Source: Tricharina praecox
Taxonomy: Eukaryota
NCBI RefSeq assembly: GCF_024521635.1
Contig: NW_026250415.1
Coordinates: forward strand, 124,001 to 188,000
Direction: 5' to 3'
Length of the DNA stretch: 64,000 bases
Part shown: one piece after another, positions 26,901 through 41,021 of the stretch
How positions within the stretch are numbered: the first letter of the stretch is position 1
Layout of the letters: every line of letters begins with the position of its first letter
Program-made: the position numbers and the translations under genes
The notes under the pieces: generated by a model
What the model saw: only the letters and a program-made list of their open reading frames with translations
Told to the model about the DNA's origin: nothing
Database searches by the model: none

Positions 26901-28078
26901 AGCCCTGTCCCCCTCCCCCCGCCCATATCGCCCACTTGTACCCTCCCGGAGCCGGAAACCCCCACTACCAAGTCGCCATCGAGCGCGAAGCTACCAAGAA
27001 GGGTGTTCCCGTCGAGCAGTTCGCTGCTCGTCTCGGCCACACGGCGATCGAGACGGTTGTCACCCCCGGTGCCCGTGCTCTCCAGAAGACGAACAACCCC
27101 GGCCGCAACACCCCGCAGCAGCAGGCGGTCGCCAACCAGGGCGCCGCGCTGGCCGACCGGATGATGGGCTCGATGATGGAAATGGAGGAAGACTCCGAGC
27201 CGCCGTCGATCAAGCTCGGCGACGCCTCTGTTGCCGCACCGTTCACCAGCAAGCTCGCCAACGTCATCGCGATCCCGAACATCATCCGCCAAGGCCGTTG
27301 CACGCTCGTCGCCACCATCCAGATGTACAAGATCCTGGCGCTGAACTGCCTGATCTCGGCGTACTCCCTCTCGGTGCTGTACCTCGACGGCATCAAGTTC
27401 GGCGACGGCCAGGTCACCATCTCGGGCATGCTCATGAGCGTGTGCTTCCTGTCCCTCTCGCGCGCTAAGTCCGTCGAGAAGCTCAGCAAGGAGCGTCCGC
27501 AGCCCAACATCTTCAACCCGTACATCATCGGCAGCGTGCTCGGGCAGTTCGCCGTGCACATCATCTCGCTGATCTACATCTCGCGCTACGTGGCGGTGCT
27601 CGAGCCCAAGGACCCCAACGTCGACCTCGAGGGCGAGTTCTCGCCCTCGCTGCTCAACTCCGCTATCTACCTCCTGCAGCTGATCCAGCAGATCTCGACC
27701 TTCGCTATCAACTACCAGGGCCGTCCGTTCCGCGAGAGCATCAAGGAGAACCGCGGCATGTACTGGGGCCTTGTTGGCGTCGCCGCAGTCGCCTTCTCGT
27801 GCTCGACAGAACTCATCCCCGAGATCAACGAGAAGCTGAAGCTCGTGCCGTTCACGGACGAGTTCAAGATCACCATGACGGTTACTATGGCGCTCGACTA
27901 CGCCGCCTGCTGGGTCATCGAGAAGGTCCTCAAGGCGGCATTTAGTGACTACCGCCCTAAGGACATCGCCGTTAGACGCCCGGATCAGGACGAGAAGGAG
28001 CGTAAGAGGAATGAGGAGGAGAAACAGGAGAAGATGAGGGTCGAGATGGAGAAGGCTGGGCTACAGCAGGCGCAGTAG
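23925..28078 (+). CDS. spf1: P5A-type ATPase Spf1/ATP13A1; exons 23925-23926, 23999-24263, 24350-24439, 24505-26625, 26687-28078
   Basis: Motifs LSGES, PPELP, DKTGTLT (phospho-Asp), KGAPE, MITGD, MCGDGTNDVGALK and KLGDASVAAPFTS. Confidence 0.97.
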
Positions 28079-29355
28079 ATTTTTATGTACTTAGTGGGTG
28101 TGTTACGTGGATAAATGGATGGGTTTTTCTTCTTTTTTTTTACGGTTTGAAATGGGGAGGGGGGCAGGGCGGGAAGATAGAATACATGGTATGTGTTGAT
28201 GAGATTTGTACGAAAGTTTGCTTGCTTTCGATGGGGTGATAGGTGAGTGTGCGGGTGAGGGTGAGGGTGAGGATGGGGATGGGGATGTTCCCGTGCTGCT
28301 GCTGCTGCTGCTGCGATTGTCTTTGAAATGGAGATGGAGTGTATGATACTCTTGCAAGTACTACATAGAACAGCCTCCGCTGAAGTACTCTGCTTAAGTA
28401 CTGTCTGCACCTTTGATCCTCGAGCTCCGTGCTTGTATATATTCTACATATCGCCCCACCTATCTGCAGATGCGAATAACTTTGCGTGACCTCAGTCCTT
28501 CTTACATAGCGAGGTGCGCGGAGGGCAGAGGCGGCATATCTAGTGTCATCGTGAGCTTCGAAGAGAGGAGACCTTACAGAGACCTGATGGGACCTGATCT
28601 TCAGATCACCACCTTGTATCATCCCCTTTTATCATGTATCATCATCATCGCCCTTAACTACCTAAACTTTTCCCGTTGAACTGATCACGTTTTTGATTGA
28701 AGCTTCACCCGTTTTTGGCCTCTCACTAGTTAGCCTTTCGCCTGACGTTTTTGACTTGGCCTGACAAACTCAGGGGTTCGCTCGCTTTGAGGCTCTGCGA
28801 CATCCTGGGAAAGTCGACTGTCGGAAAGTGGCTCTGTGCAGTCTGGCGGCTTGGCGGCGTTTCGCGTGCGAGCTGTGAGTCCCTGAAGTTACAGAGAACG
28901 GGCGGAGGTCGGGCGAAACTCAATTGGAGCTGGCTGGCTGGGAGGACGATGTGTGAAAGCGAGCGAGAGAGAGATGTAGAAAGAGAGAGTAAAGGACTGG
29001 AAGTGGGGGATTCCAATTGGAGGCGGGCGATAGATACCAGTAAGTGACGGACTCATTGATTGGCATTGGCACTGGCAGCACGCATCTCCCCAGGAGCGCG
29101 CGGGAGATTTGCTCGCTCGCTCGCTCGCTGGCGATGTTTCGGTCAGGGCGTCCCAGGGAGGGAGGGAGGGCTCAGGGAGGAAGGGAGGGAGCGATGCTGC
29201 AGGCAGCGTTAAAGTGCTGATTTAAGCTTGGCGTCAGTGCGAGTGTCCGTCCCCCCTTTTTTTCCGTCTCTATGAAGGAGAGGGACTGGACACACTACTT
29301 CCATCGGCAAAGCAGTAAGCACGCAGCTATCTATCATATCAATCATATCACCACG

Positions 29356-29377
29356 CAGCAGCAGCAGCAACAGCATA

Positions 29378-29415
<38 letters not shown>

Positions 29416-29417
29416 CA
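29356..29417. repeat. (CAG)n microsatellite
   Basis: Directly visible, interrupted. Confidence 0.9.
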
Positions 29418-29751
29418 ATAAGCGGGAAGTAATTGTTTGTGCGAGCGAGACGAGATTCGAGGTACGTTTTGAGTGTGTGTGTCTGTTTTCTTGTGTGTGA
29501 AGGTTGCGATGAGAAGATGGATGGAGATAGATGATGCAGACGAGAGATGAAGCTGTTGGAGCTTCGAATTCGGGGGAGGGGGACACGGCTTGACAGGAAT
29601 GAGTTGTTTCCCAATCCAGTGCAGTTGACTCTCGTCCATCTCTGAGTCCATCTCCTTCTTCTTCTCTGTCTTGCTTGCAATTGCTGCTGCCCCTTCCCAT
29701 TTGCCCTACCTACTCCTTCCTCCCTCCACCTCCGCCACACTTCGTTCCTCG

Positions 29752-29797
29752 TTCCTTCCTTCCTTCCTTCCTTCCTTCCTTCCTTCCTGCCTTCCTT
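29752..29797. repeat. (TTCC)n microsatellite
   Basis: Directly visible. Confidence 0.9.
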
Positions 29798-30299
29798 CTC
29801 TCATTCTTCCCCATCTCCCGAATAAAAGTGCCAGTTCCTTCCCACCCGCTTTTTTCTTGCGGCTTAGCTTCTGTCTGCTCTCTGTACGTTCCTTGTCCAT
29901 TTGCTCTGCTCTTCGATTGAAAGCCCCTTACACTCCACTCCACACTCCACACATCTACAAACAAACTCGTCACTCCTTTTCTGTTTTTCGCTTTGCTTTG
30001 CTCTGCTTCACTTCACTTCTCGCACGCACCATTGGCTTTTGAGGGTACGCAACCTGAAGGATTGTCGAGGGGCTGCTTAGCCCCTGAGTCGAGGTCGATG
30101 TTGGCTGGCTGGCTGGCTTCAATTGATTCGGAGGAACTGGATTGGCTTGCTAACATGGTTGCTGCGCTGCATAGTAGAAGAATCACTGAAGAACGCGACC
30201 CCTACTCCTCCATCCTCCCACCATACACACCACCGCCGCCGACTCCTCGTCCACGTTCACCACTTCCGTCGTCGATAAACCACCACCACAACCACCACT

Positions 30300-32520
30300 A
30301 TGGGTACGTTGCTTCGTTTCTCGTTATGTCGTACAACCGCTGCTGTTGGCCGTTGAGACGCGTGATGCGTGCGCTCAACGGTCGTCTTCGCCGCCGCCGT
30401 GCGTGCTTTGGACGTGTCGTGTGTAGCGAGCTCACGCCCTCTTCCCTTCCCCTTTCTTCTTCTCTGCCCGATGTACTGCACTCGTTCTATTTCTAGGGCG
30501 GGTGTGAGTATGGGGGGTGGTGATGCGGTTTCAAGCGCAAGCACCCGAGCGAGAGATAGAGAGAGAAGAGTTGGTTGGGGGTCGGTTCTTTATGGGGAAT
30601 TGGGCTGTCGTTGTTGGGTGCTGGGCATCGGCTGCGGTTTCGGCAAACTGGGGATCATCCAGTGGTGTCTGTCACAAATTCAAAGTCCCTGGATCTCTGC
30701 TGCACCACGTCACCCTGGCCAATCCAATCCTCCTTCGCTCCTACGCTGCTATAACGCAGCAGCTGCTGCCCCCTCATCTCAGCAGCACTATCCCCCCTTC
30801 ATCTACCTTCCCCCAACTAACCCCCCCTACCCCCTTGTCTCCTCCGCCCATCCTCGCCATCTACATCTCTCATCACGTTCTGCTCATACGCCGTTCTCCT
30901 TCCCATCGATACTGTCTGTTTGCTTTCTCGACGCTCTCATGCTTGCCGCTCTCAAATCTACGTTGACTGACATTCTCCCGGCTGCTGCGACAATAGAGAA
31001 CGGAAACCCAGAAATGAGTGTTGTCGAGTCCCCCTCGTCTCCTCCCCCTCCGGTGCCGCTCGTCGCGTCAACGAACCCCAAGGCCGCCGCCCAGGCTGCC
31101 GCCGCCGCTGCCGCAGATGCGAAGAACATCGTTAGGCGAAAGCTCACTGGCTACGTCGGTTTCGCCAACCTGCCGAACCAGTGGCACCGGAAGTCTGTAC
31201 GAAAAGGGTTCAACTTCAACGTGATGGTTGTCGGTATGTCTTGCCCTGAAACGGAGATTTCCGCCGCGCGCATTCCTCACTCGCCTGTTTTCGCGCGGCA
31301 CACGTGCCCTGCATGATTTGTGATGGATGGCTGATGTTTTGGGCGTCACGACTTGCAGGTGAATCTGGTCTTGGAAAGTCGACCCTAGTCAACACTCTGT
31401 TCAACACTTCCCTATACCCCCCGAAGGAGCAGAAGGGCCCGTCCGCCGACATCATCCCCAAGACTGTGGCCATCCAGTCGATCTCTACCGAGCTCGAGGA
31501 GAACGGTGTCCGTCTGCGTCTCACCGTGGTCGACACCCCTGGATTCGGAGACTTCGTGAACAACGACGAGTCGTGGCGTCCGATCGTCGACAACATCGAG
31601 CAGCGCTTTGACGCCTACCTCGAGGCCGAGAACAAGGTCAATCGTATGAACATCATCGACAACCGCATCCATGCGTGCGTCTACTTCATCCAGCCTACTG
31701 GTCACTCGCTCAAGCCCCTGGACATCGAGGTGATGAGGAGGCTTCATACCAAGGTCAACTTGATCCCCGTCATCGCCAAGGCGGATACTTTGACCGACGA
31801 GGAGATTTCTGCGTTCAAGCTCAGGGTATGTTTACGTGCACGTGTGAGATGGGTGAGCGATCTGGAGCTAATTGAATTCGACAGATTCTCGCCGACATTA
31901 ATCACCACAAGATCCACATCTTCGAGGGACCCAGCTACGATCTTGACGACGACGAGACCATCGCCGAGAACAACGAGATCATGTCGAAGGTTCCCTTCGC
32001 CGTTGTCGGAGCCAACAACGAGGTCCAGTCCGCCGACGGACGCAAGATCCGCGGTCGTCGCTACCCCTGGGGTGTGATTGAGGTCGACAACGAGGAGCAC
32101 TGTGACTTCGTCAAGCTGCGCCAGATGCTGATCCGCACCCACATGGAGGAGCTCAAGGAGCATACTAGTAACATGCTGTACGAGAACTACCGCTCCGAGA
32201 AGCTTGCCGCCATGGGTGTGGAGCAGGACCCGTCGGTGTTCAAGGAGGTCAACCCCGCCGTCAAGCAGGAGGAGGAGCGCACGCTGCACGAGCAGAAGCT
32301 CGCCAAGATGGAGGCCGAGATGAAGATGGTTTTCCAGCAGAAGGTGGCCGAGAAGGAGAGCAAGCTCAAGATGAGCGAGCAGGAGCTATACGATCGTCAT
32401 CGCGAGATGAAGGAGCAGCTCGAGAGGCAGAGACTCGAGCTCGAGGAGAAGAAGCAGCGGATCGAGAGCGGCCGACCCCTGGAAGAGAAGAAGGGCCGGA
32501 AGGGGTTCTCGTTGCGTTAA
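30300..32520 (+). CDS. cdc3: Septin Cdc3/AspB; exons 30300-30303 (inferred), 30997-31233, 31359-31825, 31885-32520
   Basis: [24 protein letters not shown]-loop [25 protein letters not shown]-terminal coiled coil and KGRKGFSLR end. The first 4-nt coding exon ATGG|gtacgt is less certain. Confidence 0.93.
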
Positions 32521-34258
32521 GCCTTCAACATGTAGTCGCCTCGTCGTCGCTAGAGAGTAATGGCATGGGATGGAGGGGGATATTGGGGCTGCGGAATGTC
32601 GGGTATACCACGGAAGAAGTTACTGATTTTGCGTCTTTTTTCTCTTTCCATTGCCGTCAATTTTTTGCACGCAAGAAAAGGGGGGTCTCGAATCGATGTG
32701 CGGGATACGATGGATGGTTGTTTGATAACTTTTCCCTTTTCATTTCTTTTTGCTTTGCTTGCTTCCGTGCGCCTGGTGGGTTCGTCAACCGTTCATTGTC
32801 TTCCTTTTGTGTGTTCTCTACACCACCTACTTTACTCGACCTCTAACTATCTCCTTCACCCTTCACCCTTCGATCCTCCAGCCTTGCAAGCGAGCACCCT
32901 GGTTGTTCTCTTGTTTATTACCCTTTTTTTTTATTCCCTCTGTACTTTGCTTTTTACCTTTTTGTTTGCTTTGCTTCGTCCTCCCTAACTCACCCGATAC
33001 CTATGCCATGTTTCTTGGTTTACAACGTTTAGTATAACGCAGTTATTCTTTTTTTTCCTTTCTCTTTTCTTTTTTTTTTCTTTCGGGTCTTTTTTTTGTG
33101 CTGTAAGTGTGAAACTCTGTGTGTGCTGTGTGTGTGTGTGCGTGTGAGAAACGTTTTATCCAAAAATTTCTGCGTACTGTGCCCAATGTGCAATGTGGGG
33201 GTGATGAGGGATCGTGAATCGTGATATGATACCCTATGCATATGAAGAAAAAAGAGTAGACGGATGCGTAGGATCGTGATCGCAGGTATGTAGGTGCTAT
33301 AGTGCTATGCAGAGTAGGTATGGATGCATGTAGGAGGAGATGTTATGTGGGAGGTGATGTGTTGGCACGGACCACTGGACCGTAACTATTGCATGTGAAG
33401 GATGTGGGCACTGGACAATATGTATTATGTGTCGACTATCGAGTGATGCTATTTGTAGACACTCTCCCTCTGCCTCTCGTGACATAGTTGCAGCCTTGCA
33501 GCCTTGAACCGTTGCAGCCTCGCACCGTTGCAGGCGAGCGTGGATTGGCAGGCGAGCGAGTTGATAGACGAGCTCGGTGCGAGAATGGGAACAGGCGACG
33601 CAGTTTGACAGTTTAGCAGTGATGGCTCGTGTGCGATGCATGGCTAGGCGGAGACGAGAGGAAAACGTCACTGTGGCTTCATCTGGAGCGAGAGTGTGGC
33701 GCTCCTTGGCATGGCTGGCGTGGGCACGGTTCGGATGCGGATGGGAAGAAAAAAAAAGCACACGAGCGAGAGAGAAAAAATGGATCGGGATGGGGATGCT
33801 GGAAACAAAAAACGGAGAAGAGAAAAGAAAAGAGAGAAAAGAAGAGAAGAGAAGAGGAAAGGTGGCATGAGTGAGTGATGTCTGCTTGGTTCCTGGATGG
33901 ATGATTGGTGTGCTGCTCATTGGCCTCGCAGGATGGGTTGGGAGTTGGGTGGGTGCAACTGCGTGAGAGTGGGTCGCAGTGGGTGACGTTAGTCCTCCGT
34001 AGTTAGGTCGAAGGTCGGTCGGTGGACAAGCCACCACTTGCATGCTTTCCGGTTCCTTCGCTAGCCCCCCCTCTCCCGTCATCATCCCCTTCCTTCCTTC
34101 CTTCCTCTACTCCTCTTCTTCTTCTTCTTCTTCTTCTACTTCCTTCCTCCTTCTCCCATCAACAGCTGCGACAAACTTTTATCCCCACACACACACACAC
34201 ACACCCAATCCACAACCCAATAACAACACATACACAAAAGCCAGCCAGAGCGGAAGAG

Positions 34259-35207
34259 ATGTCGACTCCCGCCGCCGCAGCTCCCCCTGCCGCTCAGCCG
34301 CTGACCGTGAGGCTCACCAACCTTGCGCAGACGCTGCAATTTGCGTGGTTTGTCGGGTAAGTTCTCTCCCATCCTGCTCAACCAGAAGTATCATCCTGAT
34401 CTGATTCGTTTAAAGACACTTGACGCTCCTCACTACTACCCTCCTCTACACTTTCTCGATCGCAAAGTTTTCGTGGAACACCACCGGCGCGAGCATCTGC
34501 TACCGTCTGGCGTTCCTCAGTGCCGCCGCTACCTATGGCATCGTCGTCTACAAGGCCTATCGTGCTAGGTTCAGGAGCGGAAACATGCCCACCGGACAGC
34601 AAGGGGCTATCAAGATCTTGGGCGATGAGAATGTGCAATACCTTCGTAGGTCTCAGCAGAGGATCGGTGGGGAAAGGATAGTGTCTAATGATTTATAGTG
34701 ATGGCCTTCACCTGGCTCTACTGCAAGCCCGTGTTCCCCGCGCTCCTGCCCTTCGCCGTGTACAGCACCTTCCACTTCCTGACGTACCTTCGCACGAATC
34801 TGATCCCGACGATCACGCCTACCGCACCGGGGGCGCCGCAGCCCGCCATCGCCGAGACGATCGCGCGCTTCGTTAAGAAGAACTACGACGCCAGTATGCA
34901 CCTAGTCGCAAACCTGGAGCTGTTCCTGTGGGCGCGCGTGTTCCTGTACTGCCTCGTCTTCCAGAACTCGTGGACCCTGCTCGTCGTCTACACCGTCTTC
35001 CTCCGCGCAAGGTACGCCCAGAGCGTCTTTGTCAGGGACGCCATGAAGGGCCTCGAGCTCAGGGGCGATGCCCTCGTTACTGACTCGAAGGTCCCGGAGG
35101 GCGCGAAGAGCGCGTGGACTGTCGCCAAGTCGCTTGTCAAGAGGTTCGGTGAGGTCAGCGATGTTGGAAAGATGCTCGGTGGCGGGCAGACTGTCAAGAA
35201 GGAGTAA
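34259..35207 (+). CDS. pom33: Pom33/TMEM33 (Tts1) ER and nuclear-pore membrane protein; exons 34259-34356, 34416-34645, 34699-35207
   Basis: LAQTLQFAWFVGH, AAATYGIVVYK, DENVQYL, LLPFAVYSTFH and FLRARY are Pom33-family motifs. Confidence 0.9.
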
Positions 35208-37593
35208 GGAGTAGGCGTGCGAGCTTGCTGAAACACTTGAGAAGTAGCTTTGTATTTCTTTACTTCGGTGTGGGGCGGGAAAAGAGGTTGGTGACTGCGT
35301 GCGTCATGGCGTGTTGGCGAGACGGCGAGAGGAGAGATGGCGGAATTGTGAATTGAAGTGGTGACTCTGATAGTTGTGTTGAACTGAACTGATTGGCCGT
35401 TACGAATAAATGACGATTGTTGCGTTGTGCTTATCGTCCTTTGTGGGAAGGATTTGTGGGAAAGAGGTGAAGCGAGAGGTGAAGCGAAATGATGATGATA
35501 AGCCCGTGATACAGTGGCGGATGAAGTGGCGGGATGAGGCGGGATGATGTGGCGGGATTGTGTAACCCGAAACACATCTGATGCAGATCTTCAGGGAAGT
35601 GGGAATATCCCGGTATAAATGTAGAGGAGATGTCACTACCGCCGATTAGGGCAGAGCAGAGCAGCGAGACAAGTCCATCGAGCAAGCAAGCTGGCAAGTT
35701 GACCACCCCGGAGTTGGCAGGAGAGATGTAAAGATGATACGTCATCGCCAGACTTACTAACTTCCCAAGCCGGGGGATGAGGGAGGCGGGGGGGTTGAGG
35801 GAGGCGGGAGGAAACATTGACGTTCCTCGCTGCGGGCTGGGAGACTTGTAATTGCCGCGGCTGGGAATCTGGCGGAGTAGAAGGTTGACGGAGTGGCATC
35901 TCAGGAAATGTGAGGCTGGACGAGATGGGTATATATATAGGCTCATCGGGCGAGGTTGAGGCATGACGAGATGCGCAGGCTGCTCATCGGGTGAAGTTGA
36001 GGCACGAGGAACGGGCAGACATATTAGGTATGCTATGTAGGTACCTGGTGGGTGTGTATGGTTACGTCACCTCGTGGCTTGTGGCTGGTGGCTCGTAGCC
36101 GGAGGGTGGCCGGTGGGTGGCGAGCTAACCTCGTGTCGTGCCTGGCGTATGTGGCTGGATGTGGAGTTCATTGGCTGGTTTTCTGTGCCCCGCGGTGGGG
36201 TAAGGAGGTGCTGGCACTGGGCAGCGAGCGATCCGCAGGCTGCATAGTACTCAGTACATACGAGAAGATAATAAACGCGAGTGCTGGGATGTGAGGATGT
36301 GACGGCGCTGTGAGTGATCAGTTGTGATTGGTTGTTATGGGGAATCAAGGTCGCAACGAGCAAGCATACAGGCTTGTTATTGTGGGCTGGGCTGTGTGGT
36401 GGAGACTGGGTAGTGGAGACGATGTGTGCTCGGTTGACGAGAATCGGATGGAGTTCTTAGGTTGGTCGTTGATGTAGTTTGGTTGGGCATCTGGGATGTG
36501 GGGTGTGGGGGAATAAAAAGGCGAGGGTTATGGCCGGTGGTCTATGCAGTGGATTTCAAGAGCTAGGTGGTTAATCCGGAAAGTCAACAAGAAGATGAGG
36601 CTTATCGTTTACGAAGAAAACTGAGTGCAAATTACAATACGGAAGTACAGTACAATGCAGGAAGGAAGAAGAAGGAGGAAGGAAGAAGAAGGAGGAAGGA
36701 AGAAGAAGGAAAGCATCCGCCTCAACCGCTTGTATATACGTGTTTGGTGGACGAGGCCGTGTGCAGTAAGTTGTAACAGAGGCTGAGATATCCCACGGCT
36801 ACCGAACTGTGGGCCTCTGACTGCTTAAGTAGTAACAATTTCCGCGAGCATGGTAGACTGGTAGTGGGTGCATTTGTTTGATGTACAGGTAGTGATTGGG
36901 AGCGTTGTGCTGCTATAATTCATTCTGCCTTACGTTGGACGCTGCTACACACTCACATACTGGGATCCCCCACTGCAACCGGTTGTGACCTGGAGGCTGG
37001 ACGGACTACCTACTTCCAAGTTCCACCCCTAGGTATACTGTAATCAGACAGCGCACGAGCAGATCCTACATAATGGATTATGGGTGTAGGTTAGTAGGTA
37101 CTTCATGTGTCGAGACCGAACTGCTGGTAATCACAATAGGTAACGAGTTGAGTGCTCGGAGGAGAGGAGAGCATTGATGGAAGATATTTGTAGTAGGAAA
37201 AAAAAAGAAGTACCTAGGCAACCTGCAAGTTGACGGAATTATATACGAAATCACGAATCAACACCGCCCGTCGCCGGCGTTGACAGTTCACAATGAGAGC
37301 CAGCCTCGAGGTCCAAATCGGTATCCATATCATTCCTACATGGTATTCGCCTTTCTGCGTAGGTATGTGGAATTGCTTCTACATTCTTATTTGTATTGCT
37401 TAACTAGGTATGCATCTGTGGTTCATGTAGTCTTCTTCGTTTTCCTCGGGTATCGCTCGTACGGAAGAGCTGCTATATGAAATGGATACCTAGTCTATAG
37501 AGGTCTAGTCATGGGTGTTCACTGTGCAGGAGGGCTACCGGGAAAACCCCCTATCGCTTGTGACAGATTTCGCTGGGCTGGGATGGAAAGTAA

Positions 37594-38232
37594 AGTACCA
37601 GGTCAAAAGTTTTTGTACACCTCCCCAAAAGCGTCACCACACCACAGACATATCTCTATAACACAACAACCGCACTTAAGAGAGTACTAATAATTTGCAT
37701 ATATCATGTATATATACTAATAAAGCTTCAATGAGATTTCCAGCTCGCCAGGCGGATTATTTTATGCGAAGTAGAGTGGCTTGGCGGATTTCCCTTTCAC
37801 CGAGACAGGCCATTTCCCGCCATAGATACAGCAACCATAAGGTAGTATAAAAATATGTGGACCATTAGAAGGTCTTCTAAATCAGGTAGAGAACCTCGAT
37901 GGAAATCGGCACATAATTTTAACTGGTGGTGGTTGAGTAATGCCGTATGGGAGAGAAGTTGGTGTTGAAACTGGTTGTCACGCAATAATTTTGTATGGGG
38001 GCCCCATACAAAATCTGAAATCACTCTCCAACCCGTGCACAACACCGTACCATGCTCCACCAACCCGAAGCAAAAGTCGTCAGACTTTTTATGTGTGATG
38101 CATCTTGCGATTCTAAAGCTTCTATGAAAGACTCGATTTTTTTCCGCCACGTGAAGGGTGGGTTTTGGTTACTTGAAAATGAGCATTTTTGGTGTAAAAC
38201 GGCCATCGTACGAAAACTTTTGACCTAGTACT
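37594..38232. mobile_element. Non-autonomous TIR element (~640 bp), Kolobok-like
   Basis: 25-bp TIRs at 37594-37618 and 38208-38232 with 2 mismatches; AG...CT termini; flanked by GTAA (left) and TTAA (right); AT-rich interior. Confidence 0.7.
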
Positions 38233-41021
38233 TTAAGTCAATTTTTTGAAACTGATTGTGAATGTACCGTTTACCCTCTCTGAACACTCGATCAATCGCT
38301 CTGACCAGAGTCCAGACATGCGAAAATATGCTGTGGAATCTTGAACAGCGAGTAATGCATATGTAAGATATGATGCGAGACCTGAGAGGTGAGGAACAGA
38401 GGAGGATAAATTGGGAAGTCGGGAACGGAGGACTAGAAGCGGCGACATGTACATGAACACTTGAGCACCCATCTTGGGGCTTCGTGGGGTATTGGCCCGC
38501 CTCTGGTCAAGCCCGAAACTTGCCGTTCTTTATGATTTGAGACCTGTCAATTCCGTCTTGTCTCGGGCATTCCAAATGACGAACTGGACGCCCTATGTTC
38601 ATATCCCTAGGGCTGCCACGCTTATGATGAGTTGCTAACACTAACCCGAGAACCAATATCAAGTCACGTAACTAGTGGTGGACGGTGGAACAACTGGTCA
38701 AAATCCTTGCAGTCCCGTCCAACCGCCAAGTTAAACTTCCGTAGGACGGTCTTCATGTGAATTCCGACCGGTTCGCGAAGCAGAGGGGTGCAGAGCAGAA
38801 GGATCTCTTCATGGATCTCATCCTTGTCGGGGATTCCAACTCCAGAAGTTTCCCGAGAAAATGAATTCCTTGGTCTTCGACTGTTTCACTTGGTCCCTTA
38901 ATTTTCATCTGAGCTGGTCGCAGAGGCCGCGGTCATGCATGCGCGCATGGCGATTGTACTCTAGACAGGCCCGTGGCGAGCTATGTACATCTGGTGATGA
39001 TTCGGGCCGTTGGCGTCAAGGTTTGCGGTACGATACCGTTCGCTAGCTCCTGAGATTGTTACTTCTATACTTGTAGGTGTCGCACAGAGGTTTCCCCTGG
39101 ATGACTTCAAAACTGTTCGGATCCAAGGTTACAATATGGTAAAGATTGGAAACAATCTGCCGCCGAGAGCTGAAATGCGGGGGTGTTGTTCCGTGAGGTC
39201 TTGTGGGAGGATGGCTGTTGAGGACGTTGGTGGGATGGACTCCGACGAAGGCCACCGTAGGAGCGACCTGCGTGGTTGGTGCACACATTCCGCCGACTAG
39301 AATACTGCAACAAAGCATGGCGACAACTTGCGCAAACTAGGCGACACAGCGGAGGCAACCATTCTACCGCCTTCAAATAGCTCCGAAGCGCTCACGAACT
39401 CCTACGACCATCCGTAATACCCGAGTGTTGTCCCTTCGGTGCCCGGCAATGAGAACAAACACCTCCGAGCTGCGTGCTATGGCTGCTAATCGAAAGCGAG
39501 GTCTCCGAAGAACTGGGCGTGGGAATCATCAGATTTGCGCAGATGGCTAGAGGTTTCATAGCGGACCCCAACACAGGTGTCGTGGCTGTCAATACTGCTG
39601 TCTTGATCGCCGTCAGAATGCATCCCAGAGGCGTTTGCTGATCGGATGGCGGATCGGATGGCTGAAAGAACGGTAGGATGCTTGCTCTGGACACAGATAT
39701 TCGAGAATTAACTCTCAGCGGTTTGATGGAGATGTCGATACGTGGATACTTCCCCAACGGCGGTCGGTGGCGACGAGGAGCCACAAGCAGCCGCAGATAT
39801 ATTTGATGAGGTTTTGGTGGGCCGAGTGGCGTTCCTGGGTTCCGGAAGATCAGCAAGTGCACCGCGCGTTAGCGTCTCGCCAGCGTCCTTCGCGAGGTGA
39901 CGACTCACAGACCAAGACCACGCGAACGGTACCGTATCGGTTCTGGCGAGTGGCCGGGTTCGATGTTGCATTGGAGGGGGAATATTTGTGGCCTTTTGCG
40001 ATTCAGACGACGTATGACATTGAGGATAAAGAGCATTATCATGCAAAGAAGGGACTGTCTTGTCTGGGTTCTGCCCGAGCGGAACAATGTTATTCCGCAT
40101 CCTTCGTGAGGCAGGAAATACCCTATAAAAAGTATCTAGTTAACATTGGCAGATGCTGTTGGTTCCGATACTTACCCTCTCAGCCAATCCGCAAGGCGTA
40201 AGAAGTATCGGTGCACTATCAAGGATTTCTTACGAGAACTTACATATTCCGGACCATTGGGCCCGACAGAGCCATGCCGTCGACTGCACATCCATTATCC
40301 AGTACCGCCCGCCTACTGCTGCAAGCCCCCTGGTATGCCCCCCACCCGCCGCCCGCGCTTCTCGGTTCTGAAAGTTCTCCATCGACCTGGGATGGAGCTT
40401 CGAGCGTGCGTTCCATCTGGCAAAATTCATTGTTGCTCGCTCAAGCACGTGCCACAGCACTTTCTGCCTCGTCATCCAGGGGCAGTAGTTGCACTACCAA
40501 CAGTAGCCATCGGATCGGCTGTTCGTTGACTGCTGGTTCCCTGGTGGGCGTATGCCTGGCCTCGGTCGGTGGAAGCGTGGCGCTGTCCGTTTTTCGGTCT
40601 TTAGGGCCCGGCCTGCCCTTTCTTCGGAGGATCCTATCAGAGCGTGAGTAATCACAGAACGAGAAATCGGGAAGGATGGTTTCTCGCCAACCGACTTGGG
40701 CACCGGCATAGGACAGCACCGTTCTGCATGCCTATCTTCAGCTCCGCCTATGACCTGCGTGCTTACTATTGTGAACCACCAGTTTGGGCCTGTGCAGGTA
40801 TTTCAGTGAGACGTGTCGCATGCAAGCTGCTGAGGGGGCCAAAGCTAAGATTAAAAAAAACATCCCAAAAAGCAAAAAAATAAATAAAGAGAGACAACAG
40901 CTGCTTCACTTTGCAGCTAGAGGCACATTGGTAGTTTTGCGGCTCCATCATGGACCTCAGATATGTAGTCTGCCAGCCCGTGTGCTCTCTGTAACCCGCA
41001 GTACAGCTTTCAAATCCGACG

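Noticed and set aside
24631-27564. Long antisense ORFs over spf1 (similar ones over the septin and egt2)
   Set aside because: Expected from strong GC3 codon bias.
28700-28950. GGGAAAGTC motif suggesting RNase P/MRP RNA
   Set aside because: No matching partner strand for the P4 helix or other conserved regions found.
38240-40300. Coding-like fragments on both strands
   Set aside because: No continuous frame or recognisable domain; possibly a pseudogene, but unsupported.
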